Source: Rhizodiscina lignyota (taxonomy: Eukaryota). Taken from it: a stretch of DNA of 64,000 nt. Positions 1 to 11,953 of this stretch are shown here, one piece after another. The notes below the pieces were generated by a model. That model ran no database searches. It worked only from the letters and a program-made list of their open reading frames with translations, and had not been told where the DNA came from. The stretch's first letter is position 1; every line of letters begins with the position of its first letter. Both the position numbers and the translations under genes were made by a program. The stretch is from contig ML978123.1 of assembly GCA_010015805.1 (NCBI GenBank), positions 2,914,001-2,978,000 on the forward strand. Reading direction: 5' to 3'.

Positions 1-63
1 ACGTGCTTCATCCCTCACATGCATTTTCGCTGATGCCGCTCTGCGGAGCAGGTACAAACTCAC

Positions 64-313
64 CCGACGCGACATATGACGGCACATCCGATCCCAGGAA
101 ACTCAATACTGAGTTCACATCATTGTCCAAGTCACTGAGAATATCTCGCCTATGTTTGTATGTTCGAGTGGGATCGCGTTGAACGAGGGACGGAGGAGGA
201 GTGATCTGAGGAGCAGCTTCGGCGACGGCGGCGGGACCAGGCGCTGGTGAACCCTCGCCGAGATTTGCCAGTATCGCTAGGAGTAGCGACTGAGGTAAGA
301 TTCTGGATCGCAT
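64..313 (-). CDS. 5' exon of a secreted App1-like phosphatidate phosphatase (DUF2183) protein; the gene continues off the left edge
   Basis: Signal peptide, then RRDILSDL...VLSFLGSDVPSYVASG, which I recall as typical of App1-like N-termini in filamentous fungi. GTGAGT donor at 63. The catalytic domain is outside the window. Confidence 0.6.
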
Positions 314-1146
314 GTTGTACGACTACAGCGGAGTCTATGTAAGAGGCAATTCGGACACTTTGCTGGGGTTAGTTCCAAATCGCGTGCCCTCAGCAATGAC
401 GTCGAAGCTTTGTGGAGAAGGATCCACAAGCAAAGTAACGACTGAACGAGACGCGAGGTATGCAACAGCGAGGGGAGAAGGAGGAACGACAGTCGCCGCT
501 CGAAAATAGAGAACTGGCGAGGTAAGCTGCGTTTGAGATTAGGAAGTCGCTCGCTGTTGTTTTGTTGCAAACGAACCCCTGCTTCTGCGGTTGCCAGGCA
601 TTGCACAGTGAAATGACGTCTATTCGCCAGGGCAGCTAGACTTGTAGGGTTAGCAAATGCGAAGTGGACAAACCAACAACTCTCCGCGCCATCTTATTCG
701 CCGAGAATACGGTTTCAGCGCCAGTGTAACCAGATGTGGCAGTGCATGAAGAAAAGCAGGGAAATTTCAAGGCCGAAACTGGCCGGCATGGAGATCGTGA
801 GTTCCTTGGCTCTTTTAACAAGTAGGTACAAACTAATATTTAATGAGTCTCACTCGGCCTCAGAGGCAAATGATACATTTATAGGTCTGTAGAATTATAA
901 TGGAGTGGCTGATTTATAAAACGACTTGGCACTGTGTTGTTCAAGAAAGCGTGATGGGTATTTGGAGGCCGTTCCAATCCAGAGAACCTTCATGTCCGCC
1001 CTTCCTGTCCACCAGCCATGATAACCACGCCAATCGAAAGACCTCTAAAGGAACCGACCGTACATGGGTATTCCCAAGAATCCAGAGTACGAAGAAATTA
1101 ATCGTCATTCGCAGTCCTTCCTCACACCAAGGCCAATCTCTTTACT

Positions 1147-3336
1147 TCACTTCATGTTCTCATCGCTCCAACTGACGCTCCTCGATATGCCTCTCTCCCT
1201 CTCCGCTCCACTGCTGCTCTGCGGAGGCGTGCCCATCTGTGGAGGTGGCTGTTGCAGAGCTTGCTGCTGTTGCTCGGCCTGCTCCTTCTTGCCAAACCAA
1301 CCAGTCACACCACCAATCCAGCTGCCCCTGTTGGCGGCCTTAAGACGGGCCTCCTCAGCAGCAGCGTCGGTGCTTTGCTGCACCAAGCGGAGCTGCCTGA
1401 CTTGCTTGCCAGCAAAGACCGTCGTTTGTGGGCGATCTTGGCTGGAAGCGACGCTGCGGGGTGGAGACGGACTGTCGTTGATGCTACTTTCGCTGGTGCC
1501 GGTCAAGGCGGCAAGAGCCGCATCACGGCCAGGCTCGTCAGATGGTACTGCCTGTGATCCAGAAGGAATACGTGCCGCAGCATTTGGGTTCTCTCCCCGA
1601 GTTGGTAAGGCGAAGAAGCTTGTACTCGCTCTGGTCGGGCTGGCGAGGTTGGGGCTGATCTGGTCCGCGGGTGGTTTGTACATGCTGTTCACAATGCCTG
1701 CGGCGCCTGGAAGAGTATTGCCAGATATGGCACGAGTTTGCAAGCCCAGCCCGCCCCCGCTAATACGTTTGCCCTGCGATACTGACTGAGAACGGCCAAG
1801 AGGAATGCTCGGGGCAGTCTCTGGGTTTTCGTTGACAGTGGGGGCAAGATTCGCGTTTCTAGGTGGGCTGCCAGTCTGCGCCATCTGAGATTGAGGGCGA
1901 GGCCGCGCCTTGTTTGGCCCTGCGACGACCGATCTGGCGCGCTGAAGGAAGGTCTGGCCTTGCGGTGCTGGTTCGTTTTCCTTGTCCTTGGGCGGAGGGA
2001 CGGGGGGTAGCTCCTTTTCTACGCCGGTAGCACTGATGCCGTGAGGTCCTTCTTGAGCATTGCTAAGGACGGATTCGAAGCCTTGGTGCTGCAAGAGGCG
2101 TTCAATAATCTTGTTGATGTAGAGAGTCAACGCCTTGTTCTGATCCTTGAGGGTATTGACTTCTGCTTCCAGTCGTCTGGTGTGTTCTGCATCGACCTCG
2201 GAAGGCGACAAGTCTCCTAGCTCGTCTGCTAGACTCGTCCCAGGCCCACTCCGAGAAGGTGTTCTGTCTTCCATTGACACACGCCTGACGTGCGCAGGAG
2301 AGAAGTCGCCGTTCAAGGTCTTGTCACTCAGCAACACCTGGAAGCTCTCGTTCTCCTCCATCAGTCGCGCGTTCGTCATCCGTGTTTCCATCAATGCCCT
2401 CTCCACCTCATGTATGCGCGTGCCACCCATGTTCTCCATTTCAATAAGCTTGACTTGAGCTTCAGCGAGCTCTAAGCGGAGCGATTCGATGACCTTGTCC
2501 TTCTGCAGTAGTAGTTTCGAGTTATTTCGTGAATTACTGCGTTGGATGCTCGTTGGAGGTGCAAAGTGGCCGGTATCCGTGGTAGGAGACGGGAAGCTAG
2601 CTGTACGATCGTTAACAGAACTCAACACGATCCGCGGAGATCCCTTGCTTCCAAGGAACAACTTACATTGCCTTGCCAATCTGCCATCCTCATCTGTGCC
2701 TGGACGATTGTCTCGTTGCGCTAAATTCTCCTTTAATCGCTGAATGACCTCGTGGAGTTCTTCCTCGCGTGCCTGTGAGTCTTCCTTATCTTTCATCACG
2801 GAAACTCTCTCGGCTTCGAATATACGCTCAAGCTCGTTACGCTGTCTTTGCGATTCCCTCTTCTCGTTCTCGAGCATTTCAACTCGTTCTTCTTCCTCGT
2901 GCATGCGGTCTTCAAGCTTTCCTTGATCCTTAATAGCATCATCCAATTTGCTCTGGAGAACCTCAACTTGCCTCTGAAACTCCTCCGATACTTGTTCTGC
3001 CTTTTGCAGCCTCTCCTTCAAATCATCCACTAAAGCGGCGTTCTCGATTCTCGCATCTTCTTCCTCTGCGGCGTCTAAAGACGGAGTGGAGCTGCTGCTT
3101 AGGCCAGATGGCGCGGCAGGCCTCTTAACAGCTGCCCGAGCAGACACGGGTGAACCGTTTGCTCCTCGCACTGAGCGAGATCGTGCGACTCCGTTGGCTG
3201 GCGTAGAAGCAGACGTGGACGTTCTCGATGGGCTGCGCGCTGGCGACGCGCCAGGGTTGGACGTAGGATTGGCTGAGGGTGTACGGCCACTCGGGGTTGC
3301 GCCAGACGGCGGAGGTTTTTTGAGCGGTCCAGACAT
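1147..3336 (-). CDS. Conserved fungal coiled-coil protein (often labelled 'M protein, serotype 2.1'-like)
   Basis: 729-codon ORF with long heptad regions and the motifs LLLQKDKVIESLRLELAEAQ and LKDQNKALTLYINKIIERLLQH. Probable 66-nt in-frame intron at 2601-2666 (GTAAGT...CAG). Confidence 0.8.
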   Translation of the reverse strand: MSGPLKKPPPSGATPSGRTPSANPTSNPGASPARSPSRTSTSASTPANGVARSRSVRGANGSPVSARAAVKRPAAPSGLSSSSTPSLDAAEEEDARIENAALVDDLKERLQKAEQVSEEFQRQVEVLQSKLDDAIKDQGKLEDRMHEEEERVEMLENEKRESQRQRNELERIFEAERVSVMKDKEDSQAREEELHEVIQRLKENLAQRDNRPGTDEDGRLARQCKLFLGSKGSPRIVLSSVNDRTASFPSPTTDTGHFAPPTSIQRSNSRNNSKLLLQKDKVIESLRLELAEAQVKLIEMENMGGTRIHEVERALMETRMTNARLMEENESFQVLLSDKTLNGDFSPAHVRRVSMEDRTPSRSGPGTSLADELGDLSPSEVDAEHTRRLEAEVNTLKDQNKALTLYINKIIERLLQHQGFESVLSNAQEGPHGISATGVEKELPPVPPPKDKENEPAPQGQTFLQRARSVVAGPNKARPRPQSQMAQTGSPPRNANLAPTVNENPETAPSIPLGRSQSVSQGKRISGGGLGLQTRAISGNTLPGAAGIVNSMYKPPADQISPNLASPTRASTSFFALPTRGENPNAAARIPSGSQAVPSDEPGRDAALAALTGTSESSINDSPSPPRSVASSQDRPQTTVFAGKQVRQLRLVQQSTDAAAEEARLKAANRGSWIGGVTGWFGKKEQAEQQQQALQQPPPQMGTPPQSSSGAERERGISRSVSWSDENMK

Positions 3337-4032
3337 TGTGAAGCAATTGGAAGAGTGAGGTTTGGGCGAAGATTGATTGTCAGAGATGAAAAGGACAATT
3401 CAAGATCGGGGGAATGCTGCAATCGATATGCTCCCGCAGAACGCGGCAGTGGCCGCCAGGGCAGCACGAGGGAATGTGCAGCTCGCTAAGAATAGGCGCG
3501 AGCTGTTCTCGTGTCAGTGTGGCGGTGCGTAATCAGGTCTTTCGTCCACGTTGAGCTGAAGAGGTGAGGTTGATGGCAAAGGACCGTCGAGGTGACTTTC
3601 TAGGCAGAGATGTTTTGGTCTGCTGAGTGATTCTCTACCCTGAACCCAGACGTATTCATTTCGGCTTGATTCACGAGGGCCGATTGGTGGTCTGCACGCG
3701 TCTCATGCAAGTGAAGGTTCCATGGCCGATGGGTAGGAAGATCGCGAAAGAAGTGCAGAGTCGGGAACAGAATTGGCCTTCGTTCGAACGTCAAACAGGT
3801 TTTCAGAGTCGATAGCTTTCAACTTACGCGTCGCAGAGCGTGAGTGAGACGCGACAGCAGAGAGTCGAGAGGCGACTTTGAAACGACTGGCGCCTCGCTT
3901 AGCTGGCCAATCACGGAAGAGCCACCCACTAACATGTCGCCCGCATTTTCTGCACACTCTTCCTTTCTTCCTTCAACCGGAGCGCACAACAACCTTCAGG
4001 AATTCCAATCATCAACATCCTGAAGCGCAAAG

Positions 4033-4613
4033 ATGGCACCAAAAAAGAGCAAGAAGACGGCTGACTCCATCAACTCGAGACTTGCGCTCGTGATGAAGAG
4101 CGGAAAAGGTATCTATACTTCGAGCACAATTTCTCAAGCATAGTATCCTGACAATATTGCAGTCACTCTGGGCACAAAGTCGACACTTAAGAGCCTTCGT
4201 TCTGGCAAAGCCAAGCTTGTGATCGTATGATAGCTTCAATCTAAAGCTCTTCTTGCAACGACTGACCCTCTCGCAGATTGCAGGCAACACTCCTCCTCTC
4301 AAGAAGTCCGAACTCGAATACTACGCTATGCTTTCCAAGACCAATGTCCATCACTTCGCCGGCAACAACGTTAGTACCCTGCGGTTTCCTTCACACCTCA
4401 CATTTGTCCAACGATCAGACGCGGCTGTCCGCGTTCTGTAGGACTTACCCTGCGAAGAAGTCTCGCTAGACAGACTTTGGAGGGTTGATCAAAAGCTAAC
4501 TTGGCAATAAACAGATTGAGCTGGGCACCGCATGCGGTAAACTCTTCAGATGCAGCACTATGGCCATCTTGGACGCTGGTGACTCTGATATCCTTTCCAC
4601 CACCCCAGCTTAA
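4033..4613 (+). CDS. RPL30: 60S ribosomal protein L30 (eL30), 4 exons
   Basis: Exons 4033-4108, 4163-4224, 4277-4369 and 4515-4613 splice to [109 protein letters not shown]. Confidence 0.97.
4447..4485 (+). promoter_or_regulatory. Predicted kink-turn RNA hairpin in RPL30 intron 3
   Basis: ACCC/GGGT C-helix, 3-nt bulge TGC, tandem G.A/A.G pairs, then A.G, G.U and an AAGTCT/AGACTT stem. It ends about 10 nt before the GCTAAC branch site. Confidence 0.7.
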
Positions 4614-5093
4614 ACGGAGGAATTCACGATGGCAACTACAAGCCCATCAAGCACGCCGAGGCGCTTGTCATGACGGATACGGTGCCAGGCATCTCGTGCA
4701 TTTGCACTGTTGTAGCATAGTTCTCATAGAGGATTAAAGTCATGCCTTAATGCCGCATTGATGCAATAAAAGTCTTCAGACTGGACCGCCTCATAGCGTG
4801 TTTTTTATTTAACATATAGCCATCTACCTATGCACAAATTCGTGAAATGCATGTAACAAATTGACTTGAAACTCCCACCCATTTCGTCTTGAAATTTCTT
4901 GCTTCACTTCCAGGTCGGCTCAGTATTTCGACTGGGGCCACCGGAGTTTTTGTTGTTCCGATCGGTTCTTTGTGGGCCCAAATTACGACGCCACTCGCTT
5001 GGAAATCACGATTGACGACAGAACAAGAGGAGTTCAACTTCAACTCTCCTCCTTCCCATCAACAACCCAACACTTCTCTCCAATACCGTCAAG

Positions 5094-5935
5094 ATGGCAC
5101 GCCGTCCAGCGAGGTGCTATCGTTACTGCAAGAACAAGGTCAGTACCTTCTCCTGCGGCTTCACAGCAGCACCGAAAGCAGAGCCGTACTGTCGAGAGCC
5201 CGAATTTCGCCTGTTTTAGCATTGTGTCTACGGAAACTGACATTTTCCCTTAACAGCCATACCCGAAGTCTCGTTTCAACCGTGGTGTCCCCGACCCCAA
5301 GATCCGCATCTTTGACCTGGGCCGCAAGCGCGCCAACGTCGACGAGTTCCCGTTGTGCATCCACCTTGTCTCCAATGAGTACGAACAGTTGAGCTCCGAG
5401 GCTCTCGAAGCCGCCCGTATCTGCGCCAACAAGTACCTCGTCAAGGTTGCCGGCAAGGAAGGTTTCCACCTACGTGTCCGCGCGCACCCCTACCACGTCA
5501 TCCGTATCAACAAGATGTTGTCGTGCGCTGGTGCCGATAGACTGCAGACTGGAATGCGTGGTGCCTTTGGCAAGCCCAACGGCACTGTTGCCCGTGTCAA
5601 CATTGGCCAGATCATTCTCTCTGTCCGCACGAGGGATACTCGTAAGTTGATACCGTTTGCTATAAGCTACCGCGCGAATGAATGCTGACACATTTGCAGA
5701 CCGCGCTACTGCCATCGAAGCTCTCCGTCGCTCGCAGTACAAGTTCCCTGGCCGACAAAAGATCATCGTCTCCAAGAACTGGGGCTTCACGCCTCTCCGC
5801 CGTGAGGAGTATGTCGAGAAGCGCAACGAGGGTCGTTTCAAGGTCGACGGAGCGTACGTGCAGTTCCTGCGCAACAAAGGTCCTCTCGCCTACAACATGC
5901 GCCGCTTCCCCGATGCGTTTGAGACGGAGGCATAG
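5094..5935 (+). CDS. RPL10: 60S ribosomal protein L10 (uL16), 3 exons
   Basis: Exons 5094-5138, 5257-5641 and 5700-5935. [39 protein letters not shown]...[15 protein letters not shown]...[15 protein letters not shown]. Confidence 0.98.
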
Positions 5936-6218
5936 ATTGTGGTGCTGAGATTGGGAATTGCATGATACGAGGCGTGAACAGGGGTTTTCATTAAGCTAGG
6001 TCCCCTGCTTCGGCAGAGAGGTTTCCCGTAGAAATAAATGCATGGGCTACTTCAAATTTTCTGCTTATGGCTATGTTTTTGGGTATTGCGGTTCCCATTT
6101 TGATCTTATGTGACTTCTCTCTTAATCTACTTAACTGATGAAGAGTAATGAAGCCCTCTCACAGGTAACGTTTCGTCTCTTTATAAAGTCCCAGGGAATG
6201 ACGCACTTGAACCTCAGA

Positions 6219-6852
6219 CTATTTCATTCCCTTGGCCAAGATCGCCTTCACAAGCTCCATTTCGTATTCCTTGAAACTTTTGAATTCAGTATTGGACATC
6301 TCTTCGTCGTCAGATCGTGGCACAAATGAGAGCTTGAGAGAGAGCAAATTCTGCGGTAGACTGCGGACGTTAAGAGCTTTTTTCCACCAGGCATTCTTAA
6401 TCACGACGCCAACCTGGAGGCGGAGATGCTTTCAAGTTGCTGTGAGCTTGCACGATCTCGCAAAGCTTTGCTAGCGGAGGAGACGTTCCTCCGTAAACAG
6501 GTCCGACGTATGCCTCGAGCCTCTCAATTCCTGAGTCCTTACAATAAAAAAGGCCGCATAGTTCCATCTTCTGAACCCTACAGTACAACCCGTAAAGCGA
6601 TGAGATTAACCACCTGTCTAGATCGTAGACCGACATGCACACCCATTGTGTATGTAAGAGGTGTTGGATCGCTTCATCTCTTATCTGGTTGTTGATTCGG
6701 AGGATGGTCGGGTTCTTGAAACATAGGCGCTTCTCGCGCCTGTAAATCTGGAGTAAACAAGATAATGCCTCTTGAGGGTCGCAGAAATCGTAGACTGTCT
6801 GGCGGAGTTCGAGTGGAAGGTCAAGGAAGCGGAATGTAGAAGGCACTGCCAT
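6219..6852 (-). pseudogene. Frameshifted gene with an F-box-like N-terminus (pseudogene or sequencing error)
   Basis: Starts MAVPSTFRFLDLPLELRQTVY and has ILRINNQIRDEA. Removing one base from the A-run at 6430-6432 joins ORF 6397-6852 to ORF 6219-6404 (NLKHLRLQVGVVIKNAWW...). Confidence 0.6.
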
Positions 6853-7631
6853 GTTGGCTGAGCTGAGTGTTGAAGGACGTCTTCTAGTCGAGGGTGAGGG
6901 TTGAGGGAGAGTATGCTAATTTATATGTCATCGTAGTTTGCTTATTTGGTAGGAAATTTGAAATCTTACCGTTGTCACGTTAGAGATCTGGAAGTAGAAA
7001 GAGGTGAGTGCTGGAACGGGCGAGTATCTAAGTAGAAGTCTGCGAGTGTTAGTTTTAATGACACACAATGAACGCAAGCTTTTGCGAGTCCGCTGGATCT
7101 TGTTAAAGAGACTTGGCGCCTTGAAAGTTCTATGTGATAAGTGGAGCTGATGATTCAATTTAACCTGGAGATCTATATTGGTATGCCCTTGCTCCTCTGC
7201 ATATTTCAAGAGCATCCACCCGCCTGCTACTGCAGCTTCAGCAACCTTTCACATTGCCCCGTCTCACAGCCCGGTGATTTCGATGCCGCCCACCTCTTTG
7301 CCTCCGCATTGAACACTCACTGCTGTTACCAACTAGGTGTTTATGTGCAATGGCCTTGGCATATATTAATACTGCCATTTTCTAATCTTCAATCTTCGCG
7401 CACACCTTCAGCATCATCATTGAAGACCTCCCATCGCGCATTCGAAATCCTGCCGACCAATTCCATCACCTACATGGATCCTGAACAGATGGGAGGCTTT
7501 GGCACATCCTGACGAGGCTCCTAAGACACTGGACCAGCCTTCGATCCAGTAGGAGAAAATTGATAAATCAAGTGAATCGCTCATGGTTATACTCCAAACC
7601 TATGCATACATGCTGCTATCCACTTCGCGTC

Positions 7632-10143
7632 TCAAAACAGCCCAAGTATATCATCATTCGTCTTCTTCTGCGCCGCCGGGCTCGCCACCTGCTGCCCTGC
7701 CGGCGGTGGCTGATTTCCTCCTCCACCCATATCCAGTCCTGCAAACCCGTTCATCAAGTCATTACCACTGGGAGTGGCCTGGCCAAATCCGCCGCTCGCC
7801 GGAGTCGCTGCGCTTCCATTGCCAAAGATACCCATGAGATCGTCCATGTTGCCGCCTGCCGTCTGAGGAGAGGCCACCCCAGGCGACTCGACGCGCTGCG
7901 GCGTGCCCGCCAGGCCCTCGAGTCCTGATGCGCCGGATGTGGGTTGCTTTTGAAGAGAGGCTGGAGCTGCACCGTCGAAGTCGATGTCGAGAAGGTTTTC
8001 GACGTTGCTTTGTGGGACGGAGGCACCGCCTTGGGCTGCTGCTGCGACTGCGGCAGCGGCGATTGGATTCTCGAGGGCGAGTTCTTGTTGCTCTCTGCAC
8101 AAAGGATATTAGTATTGAATTGGTTAGTTTCTAAGGGATCGACATACTCGATGGCAGCTCTTTGTACAGCGTCGGCGCCAAAGCGGCCTTGGCCAATGAA
8201 TGTTTCTGGTGGTTTGTGGTAGACGGAAGCGAGCGTTGAAAGTTCCGTTAAGAGCTGTTCTAGGAGTGCGGGGGGGAGTGATTGGATAGTTGTTGTAATT
8301 GCAGGCTTTTCCGAAAGGACGATGTTCTATTCATGTTAGCTGCTTCGCCCCCGAAAGCCCAATGTATATAACTGACCTTGGCGATTGCTGGATCGCTCGA
8401 AAGTAATCTCCAGTATACGTATGCTCGGTCGCGGATATCGGGGTTGTCATTCTCGACGGTGGCAGCTTGGAGGACCTTCTGTACAAGAGCCTGTGACTGA
8501 TCTGGTTTCTTCAGGAAGAGTTTTACCACAGCTGTCAATATCTGGAGTTGGGTCTGTGTGAATTCCTCCGCGAACCCATCCACGAAACCAGACAAGATGT
8601 CTCCTGCATTCGCAATCTTCTCGGCATACTCTCCGACAATCCAGATCAATGACCCTCTCGCATTTGGCTCATCAAGCTCGTCGATGGACTGGCATAGTGT
8701 CGGGATTATACCCTCGTAGCCGGGGTATTTGCGGAAAATATCCTTGATAACGACGATGGCCTCTTGGACAACGTAGTTGACCTTGGTGGCTATCAGATCC
8801 AGAAGAGTATTCACGCATTTCTCGCTAGCGCCCTCGATTTTGATGGCAACCTGGCCAATGGCTTTCACAGCGCGTCGGACAAAATCCATGTCGACCTCCA
8901 TTGCATACTCTTTGAGTTCCGCAAGTAATTGGTCGACATTCTTCTCGTTCGCTATCCGTACCATGATCTCCAGCTTCTCGAGTTTGAGGTATGGCGGATC
9001 GTTATATTTACAGAAGAAGACGCGCATCTCTTTGCTGAGGATATCTGGCTGTTTCTGAAGGAGGAGATCGATGTTTCGGAGAGCTACGTATTGGACTTCG
9101 GCTTGGGAGGATACGAGTGTGACGAGAGGGGGTGCCATCTTCTTGTGATATGATTTCGCCAGGTCTGGGCTGATATACCGAGCATGCAAGAATACGGCTT
9201 TGACGGCAGATAGGACGACGCTCGGGTTGACATGCTGGAACTGTGGTGTTACTCTTTCGCAAATGTGCTCTGACTCTTTCACGTCCGCCGCCTTGTAGTC
9301 GGCTAGACTTGATAAAATCTTTATCCGACCCCACTCTGTGCACTCATTCAAGGCCAACAACATCTTCTTCAGTGTCGCCGCTGTCACGACGAATGCCTTC
9401 ATATCGGGAGAGGCCTCGTTGATCTCCATCAGTGCTGTCACTGAGTTAGCCACAACCATTGGATTGGGGTCTCCAATAAGCTCTTGTAGCGTCTCGACAA
9501 AGCCGTTCTCGAGGCACATGGCCGGATTCATGTCAAAGAGTTTTGCGACGCAGAGTACCGCAGTCTTTCGCACATATGGCGACTCATCTCGAAGAGTTTT
9601 TCGCAATGGTTCTTCGATATAGTCGATCATTTTATCCACTCTTATGCAGCCCATCGTTCGTATGGCAAGTGCGCGGATGAGTGGGTTTGGATCTTCAGAA
9701 TCTTGAACGAAGGTATTGACGGCGAGGATACAGAGGTCGGGATGCGATTTCGCGTAGTTCCTTGACAGGGCGTTAGATAAAAGCATATAACAGTCAACGG
9801 AGTCTCATTACATCAAATATAAGTACACAAGCTTCTTCTGATCCAGGTCCGATGTCGACATATTCTTGAGCACGTCGGGGAAAAGTGCGGAGACATCTTT
9901 GCCCAATGTCATGGCCATGATGGTCTTCTGAATGGCTTCCTTTCTGGAACAGGTTCAGTAAGGAACAGAGAAGCTCCTCCATAGTACATCTTACCGCTCG
10001 TATGCATATTGTGAGCTTGCAAAATGTTAGCTGTAAGCCTTCATTGGTCTACGGGCAATGCCATACACTAATCCTGCCCGAAGCTCAAACGTCTCTCCCT
10101 TCCGCGGCGGCGCAAATGCGCCTCTTATCCTATTAACCGCCAT
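7632..10143 (-). CDS. APL2: AP-1 adaptor complex beta subunit, multi-exon
   Basis: [84 protein letters not shown], clathrin-box-like LLDID and C-terminal DILGLF. Confidence 0.93.
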
Positions 10144-11953
10144 CTCTATACTTCATATGCGGAGGAGTCGACGAGCGAGAACGCTCGCTTTGTACGATAT
10201 CACCGTGATGCGGCAGGCGGTCGTCCTGGACAAGGGCACTTCGAGGTTCCAGTATCTCGAGTGGTTTTCAGCGGGATAGCGCAAAGGTGACGTGAAGGCT
10301 AGGTGATTCGAGAGAGACACGAAATGTCACTAAATGCGCATACGTCAAGACGGAGCTTTTGTGTGGAATTTCTTCCCATTGAATTTGGCTCATCAGGACG
10401 GTCTTGGCAAAGATCCTTGTTCGCCTCGTGTTATTCGTCTGTTCTCCGCAGACCTCACACTACCCACTATAAGCCTATGTTATCGAAAAGCGCTTCAATA
10501 TGGCAAGTGTTCTCACTTAAATAGACGAATAAGATCATTCTAATGCCATACCAGCCATACAACCTACCTAATCTTCGCCGGCTCTTTGTAGAGGCACGAA
10601 CGGAGGCGGAGGAGAGCGCATATTCGCGGAACGCTGTAAGCTCAAATATACCTCGAATCCAGGCGTCGCTAATGGTCTATCGAGTTCTATAATCTTGTGA
10701 TCTTCATGTCGTCAGTTGCCATTTTCAGCTTGGCTGCTCAGCGAATGCATACTCCGACACAAACCAAATGACATGTGCTATCTCTGGCTGAAACTGCAAT
10801 TCGATAAATCGATTACCGATCACTTAATCATGTACTTGGTTTCCAAGTTGGGTTACAGCTACAATGCGCATTCCTGGTTACCACATGGAACCTTTGAGGA
10901 CGATGTGTGAACGTCGTCAGAGTTCCATCCCTTCAATTGGCAAGGGTGTCTAGACGCGTTCAGAAAGAATTTTGGAGCCCATCATTAAGGCGTCATATCC
11001 GTCAGATATCTAATGGACTTCTCAACCAAAAGACTCGAGGTCCCCCTCTTCTCAAAATCAAATGGTCGGCGTCTGTTATTGGAATCGCGTCGAATAACGG
11101 AAAGGCCTCATACAATCCAAAGTTATCTGATAGCGAGTAGAAGTTGTCGTCAATACACTTCCGCTAGACCTTTGGTGCTAAGGAATACGAGTATATAGCT
11201 CAGGTTCAGGACAGCAGCAACTTTGCTCCGATGCCGGCCTCGAATCCGGCCGCGTTCTAGGTTCACTTCTGAGTGACTTCACGTTGCAAACACAGGCGGG
11301 AGAGAACGCTTTGGCAGAATCATGTGAAGCAGGCGAGAGTAAAGACATGCACCCTGCATGGTTACACCGGCAAATTACGGTCTCACGCACGAGCCGCCGC
11401 GTAAATGTATCGCAAGTGGAGATATTGAGCGTTGGTGACCGACCCAAGCCAATTGATACTCGCCCTATGCTGCAACGCTTCAAGGAGGAGAATATCAGAT
11501 GTCGTGTACTTTCGAAATTCAACTTCATGTTGAGGGCGATTCGAGTCGAGACCAATCGATGATATCATTTGGCACTGCTTCACTCACGACTCCCAACTCA
11601 ACTTCATGCGTATCTTACAGGTTAATCCTGTGAGTAGAGCACGATCACTTAAGTTTGAGCTAGGGGAGGCAGCAGCAACAAGCTTTTCACACGCGTGACT
11701 TCCATGATGGCCTGGTGTTGTGCGGACTTCACCGCTTTCTCGACGCGCCCGCGAGTTTACGCGCTAGTGAGGACGCAATTTGCCGCCTGCTGCCTTGGAC
11801 TATATAAACTTCTGTTTCTCGCTCTTCTCTCTCTCTTCTTTCCTCCCCACCACACACTTTCGTTCTGCGGACACAGCACCGCAGTCTTCCTTCAGCAATC
11901 GCTCCCTCAAACAATCCAACCACATTCTGAAAGTCACTCTCTGAACATTCAAT

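Noticed and set aside
1064..1789. 241-aa plus-strand ORF, and similar long antisense ORFs at 16255-17103, 33535-34239 and 62232-63185
   Set aside because: Antisense shadows of well-supported genes with GC-rich codon usage; no recognisable motifs.
4889..5392. 167-aa ORF overlapping RPL10
   Set aside because: TTG start, runs through promoter and intron in another frame; fully explained by the RPL10 exon structure.
6928..7560. Short ORFs between the F-box-like gene and AP-1 beta
   Set aside because: No family motifs and many stops; may be decayed sequence, but I cannot support a call.
10300..11700. Several 60-125 aa ORFs with faint similarity to 60300-60900
   Set aside because: The matches are only short words and no coherent gene or element could be reconstructed.
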